Source: an uncultured Candidatus Saccharibacteria bacterium
GTDB taxonomy: Bacteria > Patescibacteriota > Saccharimonadia > CAILAD01 > BJGX01
Length of the DNA stretch: 64,000 nucleotides
Assembly: GCA_964610335.1 (NCBI GenBank)
Contig: CAZSVP010000003.1
Coordinates: 13,531 to 77,530, forward strand
Reading direction: 5' to 3'
This document shows, piece by piece, positions 55,562 through 64,000 of this stretch (position 1 is its first letter; each line of letters opens with the position of its first letter). The notes under the pieces are model-generated. The model made no database searches, was not told where the DNA came from, and worked only from the letters and a program-made list of their open reading frames with translations. The position numbers and the translations under genes were made by a program.

Positions 55562-56488
55562 ATGAAGCAAAAAGTTTACGACGTAATTATTATTGGTGCC
55601 GGACCGGCCGGCTACACTGCGGCTGTTTATACAGCTCGTGCCAACTTGAGTACGCTAATGTTGGCTGGCGACACCCCGGGCGGACAGTTGCTGCTAACCT
55701 CCGAAGTAGAGAACTATCCTGGATTCAAAGACGGCATCATGGGTCCGGCGCTGATGGATGAGATGAAAGCTCAGGCGGTGCGGTTTGGTACTGAGCTACG
55801 AGCTGACTTTGTCACCAAGGTGGACCTAAGCGGTGAGACCAAGCGTGTTTGGGTAGGCGACGATGAGTATACTGCTAAGGCGGTAATTATCTCGACTGGT
55901 GCCAGTGCCAACTGGCTCAATCTTGAAAACGAGCAACGTCTGATGGGCAAGGGCATTAGCGCCTGTGCTACCTGCGATGGGTTTTTCTTTAGTGGCAAAC
56001 ACGTGGTAGTGGTTGGTGGTGGTGATAGTGCTATGGAAGAGGCACTAACACTGGCCAAGTTTGCTTCAAAAGTGACTATTGTGCATCGTCGCGATGAGTT
56101 TCGTGCCAGCAAGATCATGCAGCAACGGGTCAAAGACCACGACAAGATCGATATTGTTTGGAATGGCACTGTTGTCGATGTACTTGGTAAGGACTTTGTT
56201 GATGGTGTGGTAATCGAAGATACCAAATCAGGTGAAAAGCGAAATTTTGCCTGCGAAGGGTTGTTTGTAGCCATTGGGCACACACCTGCTACCAAGCTGT
56301 TTGCTGATGTGCTGGATCTGGACGATAAGGGTTATATCAAGACCCAGCCTAGTACGGCTACCGAGATAGCTGGCGTGTTTGCGGCCGGCGATGTGGCAGA
56401 TAGTCGCTACAGGCAAGCCATCACTGCCGCAGGTGAGGGTTGTAAAGCAGCGCTTGAGGCCGAGCACTATCTAGAATCCCTGATATAA
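55562..56488 (+). CDS. trxB: Thioredoxin reductase
   Basis: GAGPAGYTAA, CATCDGFFF, GGGDSAMEEA, FAAGDV..YRQAITAAG. Confidence 0.98.
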   Translation: MKQKVYDVIIIGAGPAGYTAAVYTARANLSTLMLAGDTPGGQLLLTSEVENYPGFKDGIMGPALMDEMKAQAVRFGTELRADFVTKVDLSGETKRVWVGDDEYTAKAVIISTGASANWLNLENEQRLMGKGISACATCDGFFFSGKHVVVVGGGDSAMEEALTLAKFASKVTIVHRRDEFRASKIMQQRVKDHDKIDIVWNGTVVDVLGKDFVDGVVIEDTKSGEKRNFACEGLFVAIGHTPATKLFADVLDLDDKGYIKTQPSTATEIAGVFAAGDVADSRYRQAITAAGEGCKAALEAEHYLESLI

Positions 56489-56590
56489 TCAATCGATCAG
56501 TAGTCTATGCGAATATTTGCTCCACACTAAGACCTGAGATTTACCCAGAAAACTTTGCCATTATTAGCTGCAAAACTTATACTACTAATC

Positions 56591-57064
56591 ATGAGTACTT
56601 CGATCCAGCCTATACAGCTGCGTTCACTGGTTAACTTACGCAAATTATTTGTTGATGCGCTGTCAACTGACTTTGGTTACTTTCCAGCAAACTATCATCG
56701 TGAGGTGCTAGCCCAAAATCGGTTGCACCACTTCGCACTGGCATTGGCTCGGCCAGATAGAATACTGTTGGGCGCCTATCGGGCTCGCAATCTGGTTGGA
56801 TACAGTATCAGTGACTGTAGTGGTCACACAGCGTTTTTATTTTGGATATATATGATACCAGAGCTGCGTGGACAGGGCCTGGGTAAGCAACTACTACGAG
56901 CTACAGAGCAAGCATGCCGCAACAAAGGCAAAGACAATATGCAGCTTGTCACACACGATCATCGCGACTATTACCAAAAGAATGGTTTTGGCTGGGTAGA
57001 CACTGTGACAGAATCTGACAATAACATAACCATGCATCTTATGGAGAAACAGCTTCATGCCTAA
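56591..57064 (+). CDS. GNAT acetyltransferase
   Basis: PELRGQGLGKQLL, YYQKNGF. Confidence 0.88.
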   Translation: MSTSIQPIQLRSLVNLRKLFVDALSTDFGYFPANYHREVLAQNRLHHFALALARPDRILLGAYRARNLVGYSISDCSGHTAFLFWIYMIPELRGQGLGKQLLRATEQACRNKGKDNMQLVTHDHRDYYQKNGFGWVDTVTESDNNITMHLMEKQLHA

Positions 57065-58520
57065 GAAACAAGTTCGTAAGTCAAAGCTCAAAGCTACTTC
57101 TCGGCAGGTAGCGCCACCTGAGATGCCTGCTGTAGAGCTTAACGATCGTGAGAAAAAGGTGCGGACTTGGTCGATTGTAGCGCTGGTGCTCGAAGCCCTG
57201 GTGATAGTTGGCTTAATAGCTTACGGACTATGGTTGGGTCGTAGTAAGCCAGTAGAAACCAAACAGCCCGAGCCAAGCAAACAAAACAATGATTACAAAC
57301 CATACGTTGCTCAAACCGGCAAAATACTCAGTGACGAGGTGGTTACAAACTACTCAGCCGAGCAAACCTTGAGCACTATCAAACAAACCAATCAACATTT
57401 TGATGGTTCGGTTACAGGTTCGGTTCAGAAACGACTAATCCGCTATACCAGCTCTGATGGCCAGCGCGATGATGTACCAATATACGCCAGAGTATACTTG
57501 CCTCAAGATCAAACCAAGCCGATGCCGCTGGTGGTGTTTGCCCCAGGCACCACAGGAGTCGGTGATGATTGTGCCGCAAGTTTGGAGAATCCAGCCAAAC
57601 GAAATTGGGCGAACTATGACAGCCTGCTACTAGCTTACGCCTCGCAAGGATATGCTGTGGTTACCACTGATTATGAGGGTATGCGCGATCCTAATCGCAT
57701 ACATCACTATATGGTTGGGGAGCTTGAAGGGCGAGCTATGCTCGATGCTATTCGTGCTGTCAAAAGCCTGGATGCCACCAAATCAAAGGTCAATACAGAA
57801 AATAGTTTTGTGACTGGCTATAGCCAAGGTGGGCACGCGGCATTCTGGGCTGACCAAATCCAACCTAGCTATGCACCTGACCTAACACTCAAGGGCTCAG
57901 TCGGGTTTGGTCCTGTTACTGATGTTGAGCAGACGCTGGCCGACATCAATCGTGGTGCTAACATCAATTGGTTTGGGCCATATGTACTGGTAAGCTACAC
58001 CGATTGGTACAAACACATTTACCCACTCGAGCGGATATTGCAAAATCGCTGGATCCCCAATCTGCGAGCTGATGTGCTTAGAGAATGTATTGACTCTGTC
58101 AACCGCTACTGGCCCAACAATATTGGTGCCAATCGGGCGAGTGCCGTTTATACCTCTGAGTTCTTGCAGGCGCTTAAGAGTGGTTTGCGCATCACCAACC
58201 CCTATAAGCAGCTCGGTGAGGATATGTATACCAACATAGTTGGCCTTGTTAAGACTTCTACTCCAAAGCGTATCAATCAAGGCAAACACGACAATGTGAT
58301 ATTGCCAGCTCAATCCGAAGCTGCACTAAAGCGACTTTGTCAGCATGGCAATACGGTGCAATATGTCAGTTATGACACCAATCGCTATGCTGTCACCAAC
58401 TATGATAGCAAGGGCAACGTCGATCACTACAGAACTATGAATGCTAGTTTGTTTGATACAATTGCTTGGATGAATGATCGCTTGGCCGACAAGCCGGCGC
58501 CTAACTCATGTAGCAACTAA
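57057..58520 (+). CDS. Membrane-anchored secretory lipase (LIP-type alpha/beta hydrolase)
   Basis: TM anchor; PGTTGVGDDCAAS, VVTTDYEG, GYSQGG, QGKHDNVI, DH. Confidence 0.88.
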   Translation: MPKKQVRKSKLKATSRQVAPPEMPAVELNDREKKVRTWSIVALVLEALVIVGLIAYGLWLGRSKPVETKQPEPSKQNNDYKPYVAQTGKILSDEVVTNYSAEQTLSTIKQTNQHFDGSVTGSVQKRLIRYTSSDGQRDDVPIYARVYLPQDQTKPMPLVVFAPGTTGVGDDCAASLENPAKRNWANYDSLLLAYASQGYAVVTTDYEGMRDPNRIHHYMVGELEGRAMLDAIRAVKSLDATKSKVNTENSFVTGYSQGGHAAFWADQIQPSYAPDLTLKGSVGFGPVTDVEQTLADINRGANINWFGPYVLVSYTDWYKHIYPLERILQNRWIPNLRADVLRECIDSVNRYWPNNIGANRASAVYTSEFLQALKSGLRITNPYKQLGEDMYTNIVGLVKTSTPKRINQGKHDNVILPAQSEAALKRLCQHGNTVQYVSYDTNRYAVTNYDSKGNVDHYRTMNASLFDTIAWMNDRLADKPAPNSCSN

Positions 58521-58549
58521 AAAACAGTCCGCCGTGGCGGACTGTTTTT
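58520..58549. terminator. Bidirectional intrinsic terminator
   Basis: AAAAACAGTCCGCC-GT-GGCGGACTGTTTTT. Confidence 0.9.
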
Positions 58550-58561
58550 AATTCAAGAGAG

Positions 58562-58870
58562 TTATTTGACTGAGATCTTCTTGATGGTCAATACACTTTG
58601 GTGCTGACGGTGACCAGTAAGGGTCTTCTGGCGCTTCTTAGCTTTGTACTTGAGCACCTTGACCTTGTCGGCCTTTTGGTCGGCTTCAGTTACTTCGGCG
58701 GTAACTTTGGCGCCGGTTACAGTCGGTTTACCAACTTGGACTTTATCACCATCGATCACTAGTAGTGGAGTAAACTCCATGGTCTTATCGTCACCAACTA
58801 GTTCGGTTTCGATAGTCTGTCCTTCTTCCACTAAGTACTGTTTGGCACCTGCTTCGATTACTGCTATCAT
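58562..58870 (-). CDS. rplU: 50S ribosomal protein L21
   Basis: AVIEAGAKQYLVEEG, VGKP, KYKAKK..GHRQ. Confidence 0.97.
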   Translation of the reverse strand: MIAVIEAGAKQYLVEEGQTIETELVGDDKTMEFTPLLVIDGDKVQVGKPTVTGAKVTAEVTEADQKADKVKVLKYKAKKRQKTLTGHRQHQSVLTIKKISVK

Positions 58871-59047
58871 GTTTTTCCTTCAGGTTAGAACTTTCTCTTT
58901 TGAACCACAACATATCTGCTGCTTACCGGGCTCCATCGGCTCTGACGGTATCCGTCCGAGCCATGTCTCTGATCCACGTGAGAAAGTCCTAGTTAGTTAT
59001 AATTGAGACAATATGGAATTGTACCAAACTAACAGGACAAAAGTCAA
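58871..59047 (-). promoter_or_regulatory. rplU promoter and structured leader
   Basis: TTGACT-N18-TACAAT; closing stem TAGGACTTTCTC/GAGAAAGTTCTA; inner hairpin at 58938-58962. Confidence 0.65.
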
Positions 59048-59125
59048 TACCCTGTTTAGCTTGTGACCCCTGGTAAGTTTATTGTCCGCAATGCTACAAT
59101 AGAGTCTACTAATCTTGGAGGGTGA

Positions 59126-59890
59126 GTGAAGCGCATAATTGCGGTAGCTAATCAAAAGGGTGGTGTCGGCAAGACTACGACTGTTATCAATGTCGCAGCC
59201 TACTTAGCCAAATCAGGCAAGCGGGTACTGATAGTTGACCTCGATCCGCAGGGCAATAGTAGCTCAGGGCTAGCGATAGGCAAAAACGAGCTCAAAAACA
59301 CACTGTACGACGTACTGGTGGGTGACGTGCCAGCCGCTGAGGTAGTCTGCCAAACTGCTTTTGAGCGCATTGATGTGCTGCCAAGCAACTCAGTCTTAGC
59401 CGCAGCCGAGGTAGAACTAACTCGAGTTCGTTCAGGGCGCGAGAATCGGCTGCGACGTGCTCTCAAAGATCTTGATTACGATGTCATACTGGTTGATTGC
59501 CCGCCATCGCTCGGACTACTGACTGTCAATGGGCTTACTGCTGCAGACTTTGTGATGATTCCAGTGCAATCTGAGTACTACGCCCTTGAGGGGTTGGGGC
59601 AATTACTAGCTACTATCAAGCGAGTGCGCCAGGTTCTCAATCCCAAGCTCGGCTTACTGGGAATAGTGATTACCATGCACAACAATCGTACTAGTTTAGC
59701 GACTCAAGTGGAGAAGGAGCTCCAAAAGCACTTTGGGCGCAATCTGTTTGACAGTATTATTCCGCGCAATGTACGATTAGCTGAAGCACCAAGCCATGGC
59801 AAACCTATCCTCTACTACGATCGGTTTTGTCGTGGCGCCAGCGCCTATAAGAAACTGTCGCGCGAGATAGCGACACGCGCCAAATTATAA
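59126..59890 (+). CDS. parA: Chromosome partitioning ATPase ParA/Soj
   Basis: NQKGGVGKTTT, DLDPQGN, DCPPSLG, PRNVRLAEAPSHG. Confidence 0.97.
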   Translation: MKRIIAVANQKGGVGKTTTVINVAAYLAKSGKRVLIVDLDPQGNSSSGLAIGKNELKNTLYDVLVGDVPAAEVVCQTAFERIDVLPSNSVLAAAEVELTRVRSGRENRLRRALKDLDYDVILVDCPPSLGLLTVNGLTAADFVMIPVQSEYYALEGLGQLLATIKRVRQVLNPKLGLLGIVITMHNNRTSLATQVEKELQKHFGRNLFDSIIPRNVRLAEAPSHGKPILYYDRFCRGASAYKKLSREIATRAKL

Positions 59891-59905
59891 GGGGGAGGAA
59901 AAAAT

Positions 59906-60790
59906 ATGAGCACAACAGACAGACTGGGGAAAGGTTTAGATTCACTTATACCGACTGACATTGATGATTTTGTGGCCAGCGATGCACCAGATGAGGTGCG
60001 GCTCGATCGGGCCGAGCTAGCTCAGTTGCCAGTGGACAAGATCGATCCCAACCCACATCAGCCTCGCAAGGAGTTTCGTGAGTCAGAGCTCGAGGAGTTG
60101 ACCAGCTCGATTCGTACCCATGGCATAGTCCAACCTCTGGTAGTAAGCCGAGCTGCTGGTAATCGATTTGAGCTGATTGCAGGTGAGCGGCGCCTGCGCG
60201 CAGCCAAACGGGTTGGGCTAGATAAAGTGCCGGCTATTGTTCGTAGCTTCGACGAGCAAGAACAACTCGAAGTGGCTATGATCGAGAACATCCAGCGCGC
60301 CGACCTCAACCCTATGGAGCTGGCTGCTGCCTACTCCAAGCTTAGTACTCAGTTCAATCTATCAAACGATCAGATCGCCAAACAAGTTGGTAAGGCAGTG
60401 CCAACAGTGATCAATACCATGCGTTTGCTCAATCTCGATCATCCAGCCAAAGTAGCACTCAACGAAGGACGGATTAGTGAAGGTCATGCTCGGGCTCTAC
60501 TAATGTGCAAGGATGTAGCCCACCAGCGCAAGTTACTGGCCATAATGTTGCGTCAACCAATTACGGTACGTCAGGCTGAGGACTATGCTCGTGACTTCAA
60601 TGCCACAGCCGACCCTAAGTCATTACCACTTCAGAAGCGCAAGCAGATCCAAAATGATCTAACTGCTAGGTTAGAGAAGCTGCTCAGTACAAGAGTGCGG
60701 CTACAAACTACCACCCGTGGTGGGCGAGTGGTGATTGATTATCATAGTGACGAAGATCTCCAGCGGATTATTGAGCAATTGACTCAATAG
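59906..60790 (+). CDS. parB: Chromosome partitioning protein ParB
   Basis: LGKGLDSLI, PNPHQPRKEF, IAGERRLRA, IENIQRADLNPME. Confidence 0.97.
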   Translation: MSTTDRLGKGLDSLIPTDIDDFVASDAPDEVRLDRAELAQLPVDKIDPNPHQPRKEFRESELEELTSSIRTHGIVQPLVVSRAAGNRFELIAGERRLRAAKRVGLDKVPAIVRSFDEQEQLEVAMIENIQRADLNPMELAAAYSKLSTQFNLSNDQIAKQVGKAVPTVINTMRLLNLDHPAKVALNEGRISEGHARALLMCKDVAHQRKLLAIMLRQPITVRQAEDYARDFNATADPKSLPLQKRKQIQNDLTARLEKLLSTRVRLQTTTRGGRVVIDYHSDEDLQRIIEQLTQ

Positions 60791-60809
60791 TTAAACTGTA
60801 TTTTTTGTT

Positions 60810-61059
60810 AGGATTTCGTCCCTTACGGGCCGCCTAGCTTTTGTCTTGGCAAAAGCTTAGCAAAACCGTCCGGCTCGGACTTCATATCTAGAAGCGATCA
60901 AACTGTTCTCACTTTCTGTTCTGCGGAACTTGCTCTGGTATGTACCAGAGCTTCGAACAGTCCTCGAAACAGAAGTATTCAAATAGCTTGGTCTTTCTGA
61001 TCCTCGAGAGCCGGAGCTTGAAGCTGGTTCCAGGAGCGAAGCTTGGAGCGAAAAACTAA
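60810..61059. repeat. Palindromic intergenic element, copy C
   Basis: Starts AGGATTTCGTCCCTTACG like copy A; shares the central core with copy B; multiple hairpins. Confidence 0.75.
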
Positions 61060-61089
61060 TGAATTTGGTTTGGCCTGATCCGAAAGCTA

Positions 61090-61947
61090 CTAGTTGATAG
61101 GATAGTCAGGCAATGTAATAGGCCCGAAGGTACCAATTGGTAGAAGCCTTAACTCTGCTATACCGGTAATAAATTTCTGATCAAGCTGACCCCACTCGCG
61201 GCTATCAAAGCTGCCGCCTGGGCTACGGTTGTCACCACTGACGAAGAAATGTTGCGGCTCGATAGTCATATCAACATCACCTAGGGTCTTGTAATCAGGA
61301 TCGGGATAGCTCTCTTTCAAGACAAACCCATCCGGATGCTCTTTGTTGTAGATAGTATATACGCCATCCTTCAAAGTTATACGTTCTCCAGGCAAAGCTA
61401 GTACACGCTTGATAAAGAAGGTTTCTGGAGCATTGGGGTAACGAAATACTATTACGTTACCTCGCTGTAGTGGCAGACTGGCCTTGGCGCCAAGGGCATT
61501 TTGGATATTGGTGAGTGTCAGTGGCCACTTAGCAATAATTAAGTAGTCATTGTTGTGGTAGTTGGGCTCCATACTACTACCACTAACGTAATAGGCTTGA
61601 AAAATAAAATTGTTTATAACAAAAACTATACCAACGGTAATAATGGCGGTGATCAAAAGCTCCTTAAACAGCTTACCGATCTTCTTGCCGGCGCCCTCGG
61701 CCTCTTCAGCTTCGACGGCATCACTTTCCAGCTTAGCGCCGGTCGCGCGTGTTTTCTCGTTGGGAACTGCAGCAGCAGGCGCGGCCTTGGTGGGTTGGCC
61801 GGCGGCAGCTCGTAGCTTGTCTAACTCCTGCTCATGAGCGGCAGCAGCTGACGGAGTTTTTGCGCCTGGCTTGATAGCACTACCTGGTTTGGGTAAGTCT
61901 TCTTCGGCAATTCTGGCATCTGGCTGATAGTCGGGTTCATTTGGCAT
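61090..61947 (-). CDS. lepB: Signal peptidase I
   Basis: VSGSSMEP, FIKRVLALPGE, GDNR..SFDSREWG. Confidence 0.95.
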   Translation of the reverse strand: MPNEPDYQPDARIAEEDLPKPGSAIKPGAKTPSAAAAHEQELDKLRAAAGQPTKAAPAAAVPNEKTRATGAKLESDAVEAEEAEGAGKKIGKLFKELLITAIITVGIVFVINNFIFQAYYVSGSSMEPNYHNNDYLIIAKWPLTLTNIQNALGAKASLPLQRGNVIVFRYPNAPETFFIKRVLALPGERITLKDGVYTIYNKEHPDGFVLKESYPDPDYKTLGDVDMTIEPQHFFVSGDNRSPGGSFDSREWGQLDQKFITGIAELRLLPIGTFGPITLPDYPIN

Positions 61948-62038
61948 ATCCATACATTATACCGCCTGGCTTGAGTCTGGCACAATGTTTATCTTGGCTG
62001 TATCTATCGTAACCTCAAGAAAATGCTATAATATCTCC

Positions 62039-62851
62039 ATGAAAATCCGTGATCGTGTGAAGCGGCTGACTCAATATTTCTCTAAGACTCAGCGCTATGT
62101 GGGCTCAATCGCTTTGGCTCAATTTGCCGCAGCTAGCTTTATATTATATTTGACTCCGTACGGAGCTTTGCTGGTGCCACTCATACCAGCACTCAATCTG
62201 CTATTGTTCTCGCGCCTGATAGTCAAGCGTAATTTCAGCTATTTGTTGGTTAAGTCTTTGCGCTCAACATTTTGGTGGCTGATGTGGTGTATGTATGTGT
62301 TTAGTATGCATGTGATCCAAACCATTCCACTATGGATGTATCTGCTGCTCATGGTGATTGGCATTGCGGTCTATATATTATTGGTAGTAGAGGATTTGCG
62401 AGCTGAGCCACGCAAGTTACTCGATACTATATTGAGTCTGTTGTTTGTACTAACTAGTTTCAATGTAGCCGCACTGCTTGTGGCGCAGTGGCACTGGCCT
62501 GTGGTACTGGTGATGGTGCTGTTGTGGCTTGTAAGCTATGTGGTGAGTCTGTTTTGGATACTCGAATACAGTAAGTCACCTCAAGTATTGGCAGGCTTGT
62601 GGGCGTTTCTGGTAGTAGAACTGTTTTGGGTGGTATCGCGCTGGCTAATCCTCTACACAGTGCCGCATACGCCTATTCTAATCAGCCAGATTGGACTTAT
62701 AGTGACCGCCTTGGCCTATTGTTGGGGTGGCATATACATACATCACAAAAACAAGACTCTCAAACGGTCACTGGTGTTTGAGTACATCGTTGTAGCTAGT
62801 GTCGTGTTTCTGATACTCGTCGCACTGAGTAAGTGGAGTGTATCGATATAA
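62039..62851 (+). CDS. Polytopic membrane protein
   Basis: About 9 hydrophobic segments; TATAAT 6 nt before the ATG. Confidence 0.75.
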   Translation: MKIRDRVKRLTQYFSKTQRYVGSIALAQFAAASFILYLTPYGALLVPLIPALNLLLFSRLIVKRNFSYLLVKSLRSTFWWLMWCMYVFSMHVIQTIPLWMYLLLMVIGIAVYILLVVEDLRAEPRKLLDTILSLLFVLTSFNVAALLVAQWHWPVVLVMVLLWLVSYVVSLFWILEYSKSPQVLAGLWAFLVVELFWVVSRWLILYTVPHTPILISQIGLIVTALAYCWGGIYIHHKNKTLKRSLVFEYIVVASVVFLILVALSKWSVSI

Positions 62852-62933
62852 GTAATAAGGCTAATGGCCGAAGTATCATGCCTCAGCCTTCAGTCTAAAA
62901 ACTTAAGACATAATTATTCGGAGGAGAATTATA

Positions 62934-64000
62934 ATGCCCGATCCTAAACCTGTAGCTCAAAAACATCAACCAAAAGCATTAAGCCCTACCAAACTTGTAA
63001 TTATTTGTATTGTGCTATCACTTGCGGCTGGTCTAGCCGGGGCTTGGGGATTTCTACAAATTCTCACTCACAATGGTAAACCACTTAGTACTGAGCTGAG
63101 TCGCAAAGAAATAGTTAGCCAAGACAGAGCCATCATTGATGTAGCGAGCCGAGTTGGGCCTTCGGTGGTCAGTATAGTTAGTACTCAGAACGGGCGCGAT
63201 ATATTTGGCCGCAGCGTACAACAGCAAGGCGCAGGTACTGGCATAATTGTCAAAGCCGATGGGCTAGTCATGACTAATAAACACGTGGTGACTGGTGGCA
63301 CTAGCTTCACTATAGTTACTTCCGATGGCAAGCAGTTCCAGGGCGGCAAGGTGGTAGCGACCGATCCTACCAATGATATCGCTTTTCTCAAGTTTGACCC
63401 TGGCAACACCAAGCTTCAGCCGGCAGAGCTAGGCGACAGCAGTACCGTTGAAGTTGGCCAGACTGTAATTGCCATTGGCAATGCTCTCGGACAATTCCAA
63501 AACACTGTTACCACTGGTGTAATTTCTGGCAAATCGCGACCTATTACGGCAAGTGGTGGTAGTGAGGGCGCCGAGAGTTTGCAAAACCTATTCCAGACCG
63601 ATGCTGCTATCAATCCTGGTAACTCGGGTGGGCCACTGGTGAGTATCGATGGCAAGGTGATTGGTATCAATACCGCTGTGGCTGGCGAAGGTGCGCAGAA
63701 CATTGGCTTTGCTATCCCCATCAACGAAGCCAAAGCTGATCTTACGAGCGTGATTGAAAAGGGCAAGATTGTGAAAGCCTACTTAGGTGTACGCTACATA
63801 GCAGTTACTCCAGACTTTGCTCAAGCCAATGGTTTGCCAGTAGAACACGGGGCTTTTGTGCAGGGTGCTAGCTCGGTACAAAGCGACAGTCCAGCCGCCA
63901 AGGCCGGTCTTCAGCAAGGCGATATCATCACTAAGATAAATGGCAAAGATATCAATGCCGATACCACACTCAGCTCAATTGTTGGCCAGTTCAAGCCAGG
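62934..64000 (+). CDS. htrA: HtrA/DegP-family serine protease (3'-truncated by the window edge)
   Basis: GGAGG SD; TM segment; GTGII..TNKHVV, NDIAFL, AIGNALG, QTDAAINPGNSGGPL; PDZ domain SPAAKAGL. Confidence 0.93.
   Translation, partial: MPDPKPVAQKHQPKALSPTKLVIICIVLSLAAGLAGAWGFLQILTHNGKPLSTELSRKEIVSQDRAIIDVASRVGPSVVSIVSTQNGRDIFGRSVQQQGAGTGIIVKADGLVMTNKHVVTGGTSFTIVTSDGKQFQGGKVVATDPTNDIAFLKFDPGNTKLQPAELGDSSTVEVGQTVIAIGNALGQFQNTVTTGVISGKSRPITASGGSEGAESLQNLFQTDAAINPGNSGGPLVSIDGKVIGINTAVAGEGAQNIGFAIPINEAKADLTSVIEKGKIVKAYLGVRYIAVTPDFAQANGLPVEHGAFVQGASSVQSDSPAAKAGLQQGDIITKINGKDINADTTLSSIVGQFKP

Noticed and set aside
58900-58980. SAM-I riboswitch, SRP RNA or group I intron core in the rplU leader
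   Set aside because: Only short word similarities (GCCGATGGAGCCCGG, GGTAAGCAGC, TCAGAGAC); the required helices are missing.
1-64000. CRISPR array, tRNA, rRNA, transposase or integrase
   Set aside because: No regularly spaced direct repeats, cloverleaf motifs or recombinase motifs were seen by eye.

Overview
This window looks like chromosome from a small-genome Patescibacteria/CPR bacterium, probably Saccharibacteria-like. That placement is inferred from the short S1, IF-2 and SecD, the ftsA-ftsZ-nrdR order, a type-2 IleRS with a T-box, and the near absence of biosynthetic genes. Core genes are rpsA, infB, rbfA, fmt, def, priA, secDF, recJ, guaB, hisS, rpsU, ybeY, dgkA, adk, map, ftsA, ftsZ, nrdR, ileS, rodA/ftsW, trxB, rplU, parAB, lepB and htrA. 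Accessory material is interspersed. (1) A tandem array of three exported proteins (4280-6070) shares a GF[KQ]F[RK]WWM...RFSxA leader with a fourth gene at 47430. Each array gene has its own promoter, and a displaced, diverged copy of the fmt 3' end lies inside the array, recording how it grew. (2) A dispersed family of 200-280 bp palindromic intergenic elements has three copies, one with a precise nested 16-nt insertion. (3) Two tandem ubiquitin-like proteins lack the C-terminal GG. (4) An AT-rich type I R-M island has a fused M-S gene, a convergent R gene and an uncharacterised PD-(D/E)XK-like passenger gene. (5) Many core genes have a leaderless-type promoter, while GC-rich singleton genes are SD-led. 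(6) Several leaders are structured. Two genes carry single-base frameshifts. No tRNA, rRNA, CRISPR array, transposase or integrase was seen. All calls come from reading motifs by eye; no searches were run.
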